A DNA stretch of 41,371 bases from a virus. Lineage: Duplodnaviria > Caudoviricetes. Position 1 is the first letter of the stretch. Each line of letters starts with the position of its first letter. The position numbers and the translations under genes were made by a program. The stretch spans positions 1 to 41,371 of IMG/VR virus record IMGVR_UViG_3300032233_001678; one strand, written 5' to 3'. Positions 1-9,751 of the stretch are shown one piece after another. The notes under the pieces are model-generated. The model worked only from the letters and a program-made list of their open reading frames with translations, ran no database searches and had not been told where the DNA came from.

Positions 1-378
1 GAAACTAATGGTACTATAGTAATAGATGTTAAGTTATTTAATATGTTAGATCAAATCAACTGCTCACCTAAATTATCTAATTCAGGTATGACTGATAAAC
101 AACGTATTGTACCAGAGGCAATTGAGCGTATTAAACAACACAAAAACTACCAATTTAAGTTCGTTATTAGCACCGAAGACGATGTATTGGAATTATTCCG
201 TGACTTCGTAGAACCATTTAAAATACCGCTTAAAAACGTTGTTTGTATGCCTGGTTTAGATGATGCTGCTGATTTTGAAGAGCGTACTCGATTCGTAATG
301 GAAATGGCTAAGAAATATCGTTTCCGTGGTTTAACTAGATTACATATTGCTGCTTGGAATAAAACATTAAATGTATAA
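1..378 (+). CDS. queE: 7-carboxy-7-deazaguanine synthase QueE-like radical SAM protein, C-terminal part (5' truncated by window)
   Basis: Frame 1 is open from base 1: ETNGT...CSPKLSNSG...FKFVI...RLHIAAW. These are QueE/NrdG-like motifs, and folE lies nearby. Confidence 0.85.
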   Translation, partial: ETNGTIVIDVKLFNMLDQINCSPKLSNSGMTDKQRIVPEAIERIKQHKNYQFKFVISTEDDVLELFRDFVEPFKIPLKNVVCMPGLDDAADFEERTRFVMEMAKKYRFRGLTRLHIAAWNKTLNV

Positions 379-379
379 T

Positions 380-475
380 ATGGAAATGTTAATTATATTA
401 GGATATGTTTTTATAGCTTTTTTAGCTGTATTTGGAGCAATAGATGTTATTAAACAAATTAATAAAATAAAATAA
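380..475 (+). CDS. 31-aa single-TM small protein
   Basis: MEMLIILGYVFIAFLAVFGAIDVIKQINKIK* exactly fills the gap between queE and the next ORF. Confidence 0.6.
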   Translation: MEMLIILGYVFIAFLAVFGAIDVIKQINKIK

Positions 476-476
476 T

Positions 477-836
477 ATGTTACAAACATCAATGTGGACT
501 TGCCAGTTCTGTGGTAAGGACACTTCAAACGTAGATTACGATTATTTAAATGGTTATGATCATTTATCTTGTGCTTTAAATGCTGAATTCAAGGCTAGAG
601 CAGATGAATATGATCATTGTATAGTATGTGGTGTAGAAACAGCATATAAACGCTCTACTCATGTAGACATGAGACACGGTTATATTGAAGGTGCAGGCCA
701 ATTATGTCCTAATTGCTACAGTAGAGGAACAGAACACGGAGCTATAGCAGTAGACTATAACATCATTTTAGGAACTCCAAACGATCAAGAGTTGGGAGCC
801 AAAGTAAGGAAATTATATTGGGAAAATAAATTATAA
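477..836 (+). CDS. hypothetical protein with Cys/His zinc-finger-like motifs
   Basis: CQFC...HLSC and CIVC...CPNC motifs. Confidence 0.65.
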   Translation: MLQTSMWTCQFCGKDTSNVDYDYLNGYDHLSCALNAEFKARADEYDHCIVCGVETAYKRSTHVDMRHGYIEGAGQLCPNCYSRGTEHGAIAVDYNIILGTPNDQELGAKVRKLYWENKL

Positions 837-839
837 AAA

Positions 840-1472
840 ATGGAATTATTAAAAAAATCAAATGGTAGTTTAGCTCGTACACCAAAAGAGATTGAGCAAA
901 TGATTGATAAAGCAGCTAAAGCATACGGAAATTTTCTTAATGCAGTAGGATTTGACTACACAGCTGACAGACAAACAGTAGATACACCTCGTCGTGTGGC
1001 TAAAGCATGGTTAAAAGACTTAATCGTAGGATCAGTTAGTGATGAACCAAATATTACAGTATTCCCTAATGATGAAGGGTATGATGGATTAGTAATTCAA
1101 TCAGGTATTCCTATTGTTAGTATGTGTGCTCACCACAATTTAGCATTCACAGGTTATGCTACTGTAGCATATGTTCCTGCTGAGAACGTTATTGGTTTAA
1201 GTAAATTAAATCGTATTGTTGAATGGTTTGGACGTAGACCTCAAATGCAGGAATCATTAACAACACAAATCCACGATTATATTGCTGACAAAATGGTATG
1301 TGAGTCAGTAGCAGTTAGTATTGCTTGTAAACATACATGTTGTTCACATAGAGGTATTAAACACGGTTCTGTAATGACTACAAACAAATTCAGTGGTGTG
1401 TTTATGGAGAAAGAAAATTTAATTAGAGAAGAATTCTTACACGCGATTGAAGTAAACGGAACAAAATTTTAA
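840..1472 (+). CDS. folE: GTP cyclohydrolase I
   Basis: DTPRRVAKAW, SMCAHH, IGLSKLNRIV, RRPQMQE and HTCCSHRG motifs. Confidence 0.95.
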   Translation: MELLKKSNGSLARTPKEIEQMIDKAAKAYGNFLNAVGFDYTADRQTVDTPRRVAKAWLKDLIVGSVSDEPNITVFPNDEGYDGLVIQSGIPIVSMCAHHNLAFTGYATVAYVPAENVIGLSKLNRIVEWFGRRPQMQESLTTQIHDYIADKMVCESVAVSIACKHTCCSHRGIKHGSVMTTNKFSGVFMEKENLIREEFLHAIEVNGTKF

Positions 1473-1475
1473 AAT

Positions 1476-1634
1476 ATGCAATCTAGAGAATCAAAAACAA
1501 GTTGGCATTTTTCAATTAGCTTTGCTAAATCACTAATCAGAATGGGTGCATGTATTGGACTTCTATTTAGTACTGGAATATTTGTTATAGGAATGATAAT
1601 AGCTGAAATATTGGGTATCGTAGAAGAACTTTAA
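1476..1634 (+). CDS. 52-aa small membrane protein
   Basis: MQSRESKTSWHFSISFAKSLIRMGACIGLLFSTGIFVIGMIIAEILGIVEEL* fills the intergenic gap and is hydrophobic. Confidence 0.7.
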   Translation: MQSRESKTSWHFSISFAKSLIRMGACIGLLFSTGIFVIGMIIAEILGIVEEL

Positions 1635-1647
1635 TATATTTATATAC

Positions 1648-2058
1648 ATGGCATACTCAGATAAAGTGTTGGATCACTACTCAAATCCAAAAAACGTAGG
1701 TACTTTAGATAAATCTAAAGCAAATGTTGGTACAGGATTGGTCGGAGCTCCCGAATGTGGAGACGTAATGCGTTTGCAAATTGAAGTAGAAAACAATATA
1801 ATTGTTGATGCTAAATTCAAAACATTTGGATGTGGTTCGGCAATCGCGTCTTCTTCGGTAGCAACTGAATGGTTAAAAGGTAAATCATTAGATGAAGCTA
1901 TTACTATAGATAACATGGATTTAGTAGAGGAATTAAATTTACCTCCTGTTAAAATTCACTGTTCAGTATTGGCAGAAGATGCAATTAAATCAGCTATCAA
2001 TGACTATCGCGTTAAAAATGGTTTAGAGGTAATTGTATTTGAAGAATCTCATATTTAA
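1648..2058 (+). CDS. iscU: Fe-S cluster scaffold IscU
   Basis: YSDKVLDHYSNPKNVG, GAPECGDVMRLQ, FKTFGCGSAIASSS, LPPVKIHCSVLAEDA. Confidence 0.97.
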   Translation: MAYSDKVLDHYSNPKNVGTLDKSKANVGTGLVGAPECGDVMRLQIEVENNIIVDAKFKTFGCGSAIASSSVATEWLKGKSLDEAITIDNMDLVEELNLPPVKIHCSVLAEDAIKSAINDYRVKNGLEVIVFEESHI

Positions 2059-2381
2059 TGGTAACAGTATCAGAAACAGCAGCAATAAAATTAAATTCAC
2101 TAATTGAAGAAAGTGGATTCAAAACCCCATTTGTTAGAGTATCAGTTAAAGGAGGTGGGTGCAGTGGATTATCTTATGATTTATCCTTTGATACAGAACA
2201 ACTCCCATCGGATACATTAGCAGAAGATAAAGGCGTAAAAATACTTGTAGATATGAAATCTCTATTGTATCTTTACGGCACTGAATTAGAGTTTAGTGGT
2301 GGGTTAAATGGTAAAGGATTTCAATTTATTAATCCAAATGCTTCTCGCACCTGTGGTTGCGGTGAATCATTTGCAGTATAA
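2058..2381 (+). CDS. iscA: A-type Fe-S carrier IscA/HesB
   Basis: GGGCSGLSY and NPNASRTCGCGESF motifs. Confidence 0.95.
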   Translation: MVTVSETAAIKLNSLIEESGFKTPFVRVSVKGGGCSGLSYDLSFDTEQLPSDTLAEDKGVKILVDMKSLLYLYGTELEFSGGLNGKGFQFINPNASRTCGCGESFAV

Positions 2382-2391
2382 AAACAAAGTT

Positions 2392-2919
2392 ATGTTAAAT
2401 GCAAAACAAATTATAGACGAAGGTCTATTATTATTAGAACACACACAAGGCAAACCTGCTCAAGTTGGTTATGATTTATCACTTAAAGCAGTACAAAAAG
2501 TTGGTACTAGAATTGGATATAACATCTTTAATGATAATGCTGTAGGTAAAGTATTAAAAGACAAGACAATATTAACTAAATACACTCCTAAAGATACCAT
2601 TATGTTAGATGGTGTTGAAGGTTGGTTATTACACGAGGGTGTATATGATATTATGTTTCATGAAGGTTGTAAAATACCTGATAATCGTGTAGCATTCATT
2701 AAGCAACGCTCATCGTTATACCGCAACGGCGCTATAATCAATAGCCCTGTATTTGATCCAGGATTTGAAACAGAAAATATGGGCACCTTATTATATGTTC
2801 ATGAACCAATATTCATTGAAATTAATGCTCGTGTGGCTCAGATTTATTTCCATTCATGTGAAGGTGCTACTAAGTACGAAGGTCAGTGGCAGAATGACAA
2901 ACAAAGAGCATCATTATAG
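2392..2919 (+). CDS. trimeric dCTP deaminase/dUTPase family protein
   Basis: GYDLSL, QRSSLYRNG, FDPGF, RVAQIYF and YEGQWQ motifs. The start is placed at MLNAKQ (2392), after the iscA stop. Confidence 0.85.
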   Translation: MLNAKQIIDEGLLLLEHTQGKPAQVGYDLSLKAVQKVGTRIGYNIFNDNAVGKVLKDKTILTKYTPKDTIMLDGVEGWLLHEGVYDIMFHEGCKIPDNRVAFIKQRSSLYRNGAIINSPVFDPGFETENMGTLLYVHEPIFIEINARVAQIYFHSCEGATKYEGQWQNDKQRASL

Positions 2920-2949
2920 ATATTTATTGTCACAACAAAATAAAGTTAT

Positions 2950-4221
2950 ATGTCTTACACAAGAATCCCTGTCGAAAACGACAAAAACCTCGAAATATTT
3001 ACTATTGAAGATTTCTTAACAGATGAAGAATGTGATCATTTATGTAATCTAATAGAAAGAAGTAATGTAAGGTCTACAGTATCTGGAACGGGTTATACCC
3101 AAAGTGTTGTTAGTGACTTTAGAACAAGCTCAACAGCAACTTTAAATAATGGAGATCCAATAGTAGATGCTATCGATACAAGAATTGCAGATGAATTAGG
3201 AGTACCAAAAGAAAATGGGGAATCATTTCAAGGCCAATTATACGAAGTAGGACAACAATTCAAACATCACCACGATTATTTTAGTGGGGACAGTTATAAT
3301 AACCATTGCTTATTCAGCGGACAAAGAACATACACTTGTATGATCTACCTAAATGATGTTGAAGAGGGTGGTGAAACAGATTTCTTAGAAATTAATACTA
3401 CTTTCTCTCCTAAAAAAGGAATGGCTATAGTTTGGAAAAATTCAAACGGAACTGGTACAGAAAATCCTGCTTCATTACATGCTGGTATGCCTGTTATTAA
3501 AGGCAGAAAAATGATTATAACAAAGTGGTATAGAGAACATAAGTGGGATATGGCTAGAGATACTAAATTAAAGGAGCAATTTGAAAAACAAATGGCAGCT
3601 GTCCAAACCAAAGCCCAACCTGTTTTCTCTAAAACATTTAAATCAGCTGATGATCTTCCTAGATTATCTCCATTAGGATTTAAAGTGGTAAAAGTACCTA
3701 CTAATACTTGGAGATTAATTCAAGAAGCATATAAACTATTAGAAAACGTAAAGACAGAAGAAAACTGGGAAGGTATTACAAACTTTATTTATGATAAAGA
3801 CGGTAACGCTCCTGTTGAAATCTACAACATGGACTATTGCCATAGAATTAAAGAAATTATCCAGGAAGAATTACAACCAGTTCATGAAGAGTTTATTGGT
3901 AATAAAGAAAAACTTGTACCAAAATGTATTTATGGTATTAGATCTTATAAAAATGGTGCTATATTAAAAAACCATACTGATACTTTACTTACACATCATA
4001 TATCATCTATTATTATCGTTGATAAAAAAGTAGATAAAGATTGGCCATTAGATATTCAAGACCATGAAGGTAATTGGCATCAAGTTTATACTGAACCTGG
4101 TGATATGATTCTATATGAATCTGCTACTAATTTACATGGTAGAATAGAGCCATTTGAAGGTGAATATTACAGAAATTTCTTCTTACATTATACATTAGCG
4201 GATTATAAATTTATAGGTTAA
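2950..4221 (+). CDS. two-domain 2OG-Fe(II) dioxygenase; N-terminal prolyl-4-hydroxylase-like domain plus a second 2OG-Fe(II) domain
   Basis: Domain 1: DFLTDEEC, RTSS, YEVGQQFKHHHDY, QRTYTCMIYLNDVEEGGETDF, LHAGMPV..GRK..ITKW. Domain 2: YGIRSY..GA.LKNHTD, PGDMILYES, HGR. Confidence 0.9.
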   Translation: MSYTRIPVENDKNLEIFTIEDFLTDEECDHLCNLIERSNVRSTVSGTGYTQSVVSDFRTSSTATLNNGDPIVDAIDTRIADELGVPKENGESFQGQLYEVGQQFKHHHDYFSGDSYNNHCLFSGQRTYTCMIYLNDVEEGGETDFLEINTTFSPKKGMAIVWKNSNGTGTENPASLHAGMPVIKGRKMIITKWYREHKWDMARDTKLKEQFEKQMAAVQTKAQPVFSKTFKSADDLPRLSPLGFKVVKVPTNTWRLIQEAYKLLENVKTEENWEGITNFIYDKDGNAPVEIYNMDYCHRIKEIIQEELQPVHEEFIGNKEKLVPKCIYGIRSYKNGAILKNHTDTLLTHHISSIIIVDKKVDKDWPLDIQDHEGNWHQVYTEPGDMILYESATNLHGRIEPFEGEYYRNFFLHYTLADYKFIG

Positions 4222-4223
4222 CA

Positions 4224-7200
4224 ATGGACTATGTTGTTTACAGCACTAGTAATTCCGACTATCAGTCTTGGCAAGGTCGGTTATTAGAACACTCATTTAA
4301 AAAAGTTAATCAACCTGGTAAATTGATTAGATTATGTAGCTTTAATGCTCATGATCCTCATAGACCCTTTGACACTTCTGATATTGCCGAAGTTATACAA
4401 TTACCAGATTACAGAACTAGATGGAGAGAATTTACTAACGATCTAGATAAGGATTATGGTATTGCAAACAAAACAGAATCTCTTAAATACTGGCTATCTA
4501 ACTATCCCGGACTAAAAGATACAGATAATGTATTATTTATTGATCCCGATATGGTATTTGTAAAACCAGTTACTGAAACAACAACTCAAGGTACTGTTAT
4601 TGCTCAGAGGTGGATTGATGATGGTTCAGAAAATGGTAAACCTTTCCAAACATATGCAAGTCATATTAAGGATAAGTTAAAACCGGATACTGTATTTATG
4701 TATCCTTATATTGCAACTGTAGGTGATTTAAAAAAGATAGTTAATAATTATGTTGATTTAACCTACAAAATGAGATTAGATAATTATCCTCATTTGTGGG
4801 AATCTGAAATGTATGCTTTAATTACTTCTACTTTAGAACAAGATATAAAAGTAAAAACATATGACAATTTAGGTTTTTGTCTTACTTGGGCTGATAGAGA
4901 AAAATACACAAGCAAAGAGTTCTCTGATTCTGTTTCAATACTGCATTTTCCATGGAGTGTAGATGATAAAGATGGTAATAGATTATTTAATAAACAAGAC
5001 TATACCCCTCTTACTTTAAGAGACCATTGGCAAAGACCTGATGCTAATAAAGCAACTAGTTTTTTAGAAAGAAAATTCTTACAACTTTTAGATCATTACA
5101 ATTTAGAAAAACAAGTACAATTTTATTGGAACGATTATGAATTAATTGATTCTGTATTTAATTATACTCCAAAAGATAAATACATAGTATTTAGACCCTG
5201 GCCCGGTGGACCTAATAATGTTAGAATGTCTTTAGAATTAGCATCGTGTATTGCTTTTTTATTAGATTATACTTTGGTTATTCCATCTGATTTTTTTACT
5301 GATCATTCACAAAATAAAGATTTTTTTCATTTATTATTTGATACTAAAGATTTAGGAATTAAAACAATATCTTTTAATGATTTTAAAATTAAATTTAATA
5401 TTAATTCATGGGATGAAGTAAGTAAAATTTCTCATATCTTAACTGAAGATCTAGTAGGTACTCTTTTAATAACAGAAACACCACAAGAAGATATAATTAA
5501 AGGAAGAAAAATATTACATTTAGATGAACTTAAAGATAAAAATATATTATACTTTGATAGAAATCTATTAGGAAATTTTTATTTAAATATATACAGCGAT
5601 CGTCTTCCTGAATTATGTAAATTTGTAGCTCGCCATATTCACTATAAAAAAGAAATATTTCTTGAAGCACGCAAAGCAATAGACTTTTTAAACCCTAATT
5701 ATTATGCTATTCATATCCGTAGAGGTGATTTCCAGTATCATGATTTAAAATTACCAATTGAAACGATATACAATAACATAAAAAATGTTATACCTGAAGG
5801 CGCTAAATTATATATTTCAACAGACGAAAAGGATAAATTATTTTTTAGTTTACTAAAACAACATTATAATATTTTCTTTTATGATGATGTTAAACATTTA
5901 ATATTTTCCGACATTAATACGGATTTGATAGGACCTATTGAACAAATAATATGCACGGAAGCTACAACATTTATAGGTAATAAATTATCTACTTTTTCAA
6001 CTTATATATACCGTTTAAGAGGTTATATGAAACATATTACTGATAAACGATTCTTAACATATAATGTTGAATGTCACCCTAATGTAGAAGAAGATTATTG
6101 GTGGATGGCTACTTGGGCTAGAGATTATTCTGAAGTATTTGAATCTATAAATAAAATTAAATACTTCAACTCACAACTCCCACCCCCAGAACCTAAAAAA
6201 ATATTTGTATCTGTAGCATCTTACAGAGATCCTCAACTAACTTCTACTATTGATAGTTTACTTACTAACCAAAGTGGTGAGAATAAAATTATTGTGGGTG
6301 TGTGTATGCAGGATACAGAAGAAAATTATAATGAGTTTAAATATAAGGATCACTCAAACGTAATTACTCATTTTATTCCTTATCAAGAGGCAAAGGGTGT
6401 TGGGCCTGCTAGATATTTAATTCAACAAGAACTATATACTAACGAAGACTACTTCTTACAAATCGATTCACACAGTAAATCAATCAAGGATTGGGATAAA
6501 ATATTAATAAACCAAATAAATAGGTGTCCTAGCTATAAAGCTATATTATCTACTTACCCTAACGCATATGATCCAGATGATTTAGAGGAAAAATATTTTA
6601 ATCATAAAACTTGTCCTTGGTTAAAAATAGAACGCTTTACAGAAAAACAAAAACTAGTTGCTACTAGTGCTGGTACAGTAGATAAAGATTACCCTATATT
6701 AGGATTTTGGTGTGCTGCTGGTTTCTTATTTACTAGAGGAGAGTGGACTAAAGAAGTACCATACAGTACTGAATTTTATTTTTCTGGTGAAGAAGATCAT
6801 ATGTCAGTACTATCACATGCTATGGGCTGGGATGTTTATGTACCTGAATCTTCTACTATATGGCATAACTATACTGATACTAGAATGCAAAGTCCTAAAA
6901 AGTATAGACCATTGCATTGGGAAGACCACACCGATATAAACCATAATTTAGAGTCAATTTCATCTATATATAATGAAAAACCTGAGTATAAGCGTCAACC
7001 ATCTGAATTTTTAGAATTAGCTAAACGAATATCTAACTTTAATAAAACAGTTAACATTGAGATAGAATTTAATTATGATAATATTCCAATGCATGATATT
7101 TCTAAAGAAGTATTAGTAATTATATTCGCATTCTTTAATTTAGAAAATCAAGAAATATTCCGTCCTGATATAACAGATATTGATATAATTAATCGTAGTA

Positions 7201-7343
7201 AAAATAATATATTCTTTAATATACCTGAACACATCCACCACCAAATTAATTATTGTACTTGGTTTGTTAAGTATACTGATGACACTTTTAGTGAACGTCT
7301 AGTATTACCAATCCAAAGACAATTAAATAAATATTTAATTTAA
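4224..7343 (+). CDS. multidomain protein O-glycosyltransferase: HPAT/SGT1-like (approx. aa 1-295), O-fucosyltransferase-like (approx. aa 320-645) and GT60 Gnt1-like (approx. aa 660-935)
   Basis: YQSWQ..LL.HSF..V.QPG..IRL, NK, IDPDMVF, YPY, WESEMYA; then GGPNNVRMSLE, AIHIRRGDF, LYISTDE, EQIIC..A..FIG..LSTFS; then IFVSVASYRDPQL, LQIDSH, AAGFLF, FSGEE. Confidence 0.75.
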   Translation: MDYVVYSTSNSDYQSWQGRLLEHSFKKVNQPGKLIRLCSFNAHDPHRPFDTSDIAEVIQLPDYRTRWREFTNDLDKDYGIANKTESLKYWLSNYPGLKDTDNVLFIDPDMVFVKPVTETTTQGTVIAQRWIDDGSENGKPFQTYASHIKDKLKPDTVFMYPYIATVGDLKKIVNNYVDLTYKMRLDNYPHLWESEMYALITSTLEQDIKVKTYDNLGFCLTWADREKYTSKEFSDSVSILHFPWSVDDKDGNRLFNKQDYTPLTLRDHWQRPDANKATSFLERKFLQLLDHYNLEKQVQFYWNDYELIDSVFNYTPKDKYIVFRPWPGGPNNVRMSLELASCIAFLLDYTLVIPSDFFTDHSQNKDFFHLLFDTKDLGIKTISFNDFKIKFNINSWDEVSKISHILTEDLVGTLLITETPQEDIIKGRKILHLDELKDKNILYFDRNLLGNFYLNIYSDRLPELCKFVARHIHYKKEIFLEARKAIDFLNPNYYAIHIRRGDFQYHDLKLPIETIYNNIKNVIPEGAKLYISTDEKDKLFFSLLKQHYNIFFYDDVKHLIFSDINTDLIGPIEQIICTEATTFIGNKLSTFSTYIYRLRGYMKHITDKRFLTYNVECHPNVEEDYWWMATWARDYSEVFESINKIKYFNSQLPPPEPKKIFVSVASYRDPQLTSTIDSLLTNQSGENKIIVGVCMQDTEENYNEFKYKDHSNVITHFIPYQEAKGVGPARYLIQQELYTNEDYFLQIDSHSKSIKDWDKILINQINRCPSYKAILSTYPNAYDPDDLEEKYFNHKTCPWLKIERFTEKQKLVATSAGTVDKDYPILGFWCAAGFLFTRGEWTKEVPYSTEFYFSGEEDHMSVLSHAMGWDVYVPESSTIWHNYTDTRMQSPKKYRPLHWEDHTDINHNLESISSIYNEKPEYKRQPSEFLELAKRISNFNKTVNIEIEFNYDNIPMHDISKEVLVIIFAFFNLENQEIFRPDITDIDIINRSKNNIFFNIPEHIHHQINYCTWFVKYTDDTFSERLVLPIQRQLNKYLI

Positions 7344-7349
7344 TTAAAA

Positions 7350-8015
7350 ATGATAGAATTAAATAATGTCACTTTATGCGCTGCTAGTAGTGTTGAAATA
7401 ACTCAACATATAAATGCTTTAAAAATATGTTCCCAGCATATTAAATTTGCAAAAGTAAAATTTATATCAGATAAAGAAGTAAATGAACCTAATATTGAAT
7501 GGGCAAAATGTGAAGAAATGAAAAATATTCATGATTTTAATTTTTTTATGGTAAATGATTTTCCTCAATATATTGATACTGATTTTGTTTTAGTAATACA
7601 GGCTGATGGGTTTATAGCTAATCCTAATAAATGGACAGACACATTTTTAGAATATGATTATATTGGAGCTCCTTGGAGAGACGAACCTGAAAAAGGATTT
7701 ACAGGAGATCGTAGAGTAGGAAATGGTGGATTTAGTTTAAGATCTAAAAAACTTATTGATTTACCAATTAAATTAAATTTACCTAATAGAAATAGAGAAA
7801 AAGATTTATGGAATGAAGACCAATATTATAGTACTTTTCAAAGAGAAATACTACAAGAAAATGGATGTAAATTTGCTCCCTTAGAGGTTGCAAAATACTT
7901 TTCTCATGAATTAACGTGCAGCGATATAGAAGGAATAGAACCTTTTGGCTTTCATGGAAGAGATAGAAGAGATGAATGGTGTACTGAAAACAATATAAAC
8001 TTAAAACAAGAATGA
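7350..8015 (+). CDS. DUF5672-like putative glycosyltransferase
   Basis: LVIQADG, YDYIGAPW, VGNGGFSLRSKK, NED, A..FS.E, PFGFH. Confidence 0.8.
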   Translation: MIELNNVTLCAASSVEITQHINALKICSQHIKFAKVKFISDKEVNEPNIEWAKCEEMKNIHDFNFFMVNDFPQYIDTDFVLVIQADGFIANPNKWTDTFLEYDYIGAPWRDEPEKGFTGDRRVGNGGFSLRSKKLIDLPIKLNLPNRNREKDLWNEDQYYSTFQREILQENGCKFAPLEVAKYFSHELTCSDIEGIEPFGFHGRDRRDEWCTENNINLKQE

Positions 8016-8941
8016 GCAAAATATTTATAGCAATAGCTAGTTATTTAGACTATGAAATAAAACACACAATACTTGATTGTATTGATAAAGCTAAACACCC
8101 AGAAAACTTACGTTTTGGTGTCTGCTTGCAATATGATGAAAGGGAAAAAACAAATGAGCATATTTTAGATTTTTTAGAAAGTAAATTACCAGTTAAAGTC
8201 TTAAAATACCATCATACTGAATCTGGAGGTGGGTGTTGGGCTAGAAACTTAGCTCAGTCGTTATATAATAATGAAGAATATAGTCTACAAGTAGATTCAC
8301 ATACTAGATTTATTCAAAACTGGGATGAAATTGTAATTAATGATTATAATGAGTTAAAAAAAACAGTAAATAAACCATTATTATCCTTTTTACCTCCATC
8401 TTACTCTAGAATGGATGATAAAGGAATTGACTATGATTTTAGAAATATAAATGAATTAGATAAAATTACTTTATCTAAAATCCAACATATTACTAATGAA
8501 TATTGGTTTACAAATGGTGGATATGGAGATGAACAAAACATTAACTTTAAACCAGCTAGTGTAATTATATTATATGGTGGTTTTGTATTTGCTGAAGGCA
8601 ATTGGGTAGTAGAAGTAAATCAAGATCCTGAACATTATTATACAGGTGAAGAACTTGCATTAACAATTAGATCTTATACTCATGGATATGATTTGTACAC
8701 ACCAAGCCAAATAGTAGCTTGGCATAGAGCACATACCCCAATATCAGGAATTAAAAAACACTTTAATAATAGCCCAGAAGAAATAGCTACTGCTAAACAC
8801 AGACGCGCTATTGAACGATTAAAAATGTTAGTTGAAGGTAATGGAGATTTAGATAGATATGGTTCGGGTAATGTAAGAACAGTAGATCAATATGCTGAAT
8901 TTGCTGGAATTGATTTTAAAACACAAACATTAATTAGATAA
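8012..8941 (+). CDS. GT60-like (Skp1 hydroxyproline GlcNAc-transferase Gnt1-like) glycosyltransferase
   Basis: IFIAIASYLD, GGCWARNLAQ, LQVDSHTRF, YTGEE, RSYTHGYDLYTP, YG.G..RT...Y..FAGIDF. Confidence 0.8.
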   Translation: MSKIFIAIASYLDYEIKHTILDCIDKAKHPENLRFGVCLQYDEREKTNEHILDFLESKLPVKVLKYHHTESGGGCWARNLAQSLYNNEEYSLQVDSHTRFIQNWDEIVINDYNELKKTVNKPLLSFLPPSYSRMDDKGIDYDFRNINELDKITLSKIQHITNEYWFTNGGYGDEQNINFKPASVIILYGGFVFAEGNWVVEVNQDPEHYYTGEELALTIRSYTHGYDLYTPSQIVAWHRAHTPISGIKKHFNNSPEEIATAKHRRAIERLKMLVEGNGDLDRYGSGNVRTVDQYAEFAGIDFKTQTLIR

Positions 8942-8947
8942 ATTTAG

Positions 8948-9751
8948 ATGCCTAAAACTATAATTTTAAATCAATCAACACTCCACCCAAAATACTCTTT
9001 AGTAGATGCTGCTTGTAGAGTTACATGGGGGATGGAAGAACACGAACATGTTAAAACTTTTCACTATTACGGAAATGTAAGTTCTAATGGTAATATAATT
9101 GAAGATATATTTGATTGTGTGCCTTTAAAAGAAGGAATTTGTATAGACAAATTTAATAGACTGGTTCAAAATATTACAGACAGAGTAAATGTCTCCGCTA
9201 CAGATAAAAGAGAAGATAAGCGTGGGGAAAGGTTAATAGGTGCTTTAGAGTACTGTTTGAATAATTTTGAATTTGATTACATATATAGAACTTCTGTTAC
9301 TTCGTATGTTGATATAAATAAATTATATAATTATACACATATTCTTAGCAAAGAAAAAGTATATAATGGTCCTAAATATTATTTAGAAAATGAAGGATGG
9401 GCAATGGATCCTAATTGGAAATCATCATTTGTAGCTAGCTTTAACTGTATAATGTCTAGGGATGTAGTTCAAACTTTAGTAAATAATAAAGACTTATTTT
9501 TAAACATAAATGCTCCTGAAGATATAGCAACCGGTAGAGTTTTAGTAGATAATTTAAAATATGCTAATTTAAAAGAACAAGACACAAATCAAACATGGAT
9601 TGGATATGGAAGAGAGATTGAAATGTCTCAAAAAGAAATAATTGAATACAATTCAAATCCATATGTTTTTAATTATAAATTAGGAACAGATAAAATATAT
9701 ATACTTAATTATTTAAAAATTCACCAATTAATAAAACAACATTATGCCTAA
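8948..9751 (+). CDS. putative GT31/galactosyltransferase-like protein (paralog 1)
   Basis: ALEY..NNFEFDYIYRT..TSYVD, MSRDVV, PEDIATG. Confidence 0.6.
   Translation: MPKTIILNQSTLHPKYSLVDAACRVTWGMEEHEHVKTFHYYGNVSSNGNIIEDIFDCVPLKEGICIDKFNRLVQNITDRVNVSATDKREDKRGERLIGALEYCLNNFEFDYIYRTSVTSYVDINKLYNYTHILSKEKVYNGPKYYLENEGWAMDPNWKSSFVASFNCIMSRDVVQTLVNNKDLFLNINAPEDIATGRVLVDNLKYANLKEQDTNQTWIGYGREIEMSQKEIIEYNSNPYVFNYKLGTDKIYILNYLKIHQLIKQHYA
9242..9292 (+). repeat. 51-nt exact direct repeat, copy 1
   Basis: gctttagagtactgtttgaataattttgaatttgattacatatatagaact is identical to 10020-10070. Confidence 0.95.

Noticed and set aside
2308-2391. N-terminal extension of the dcd/dut ORF
   Set aside because: It overlaps iscA. 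ATG 2392 has the typical A-rich context and starts the recognisable domain.
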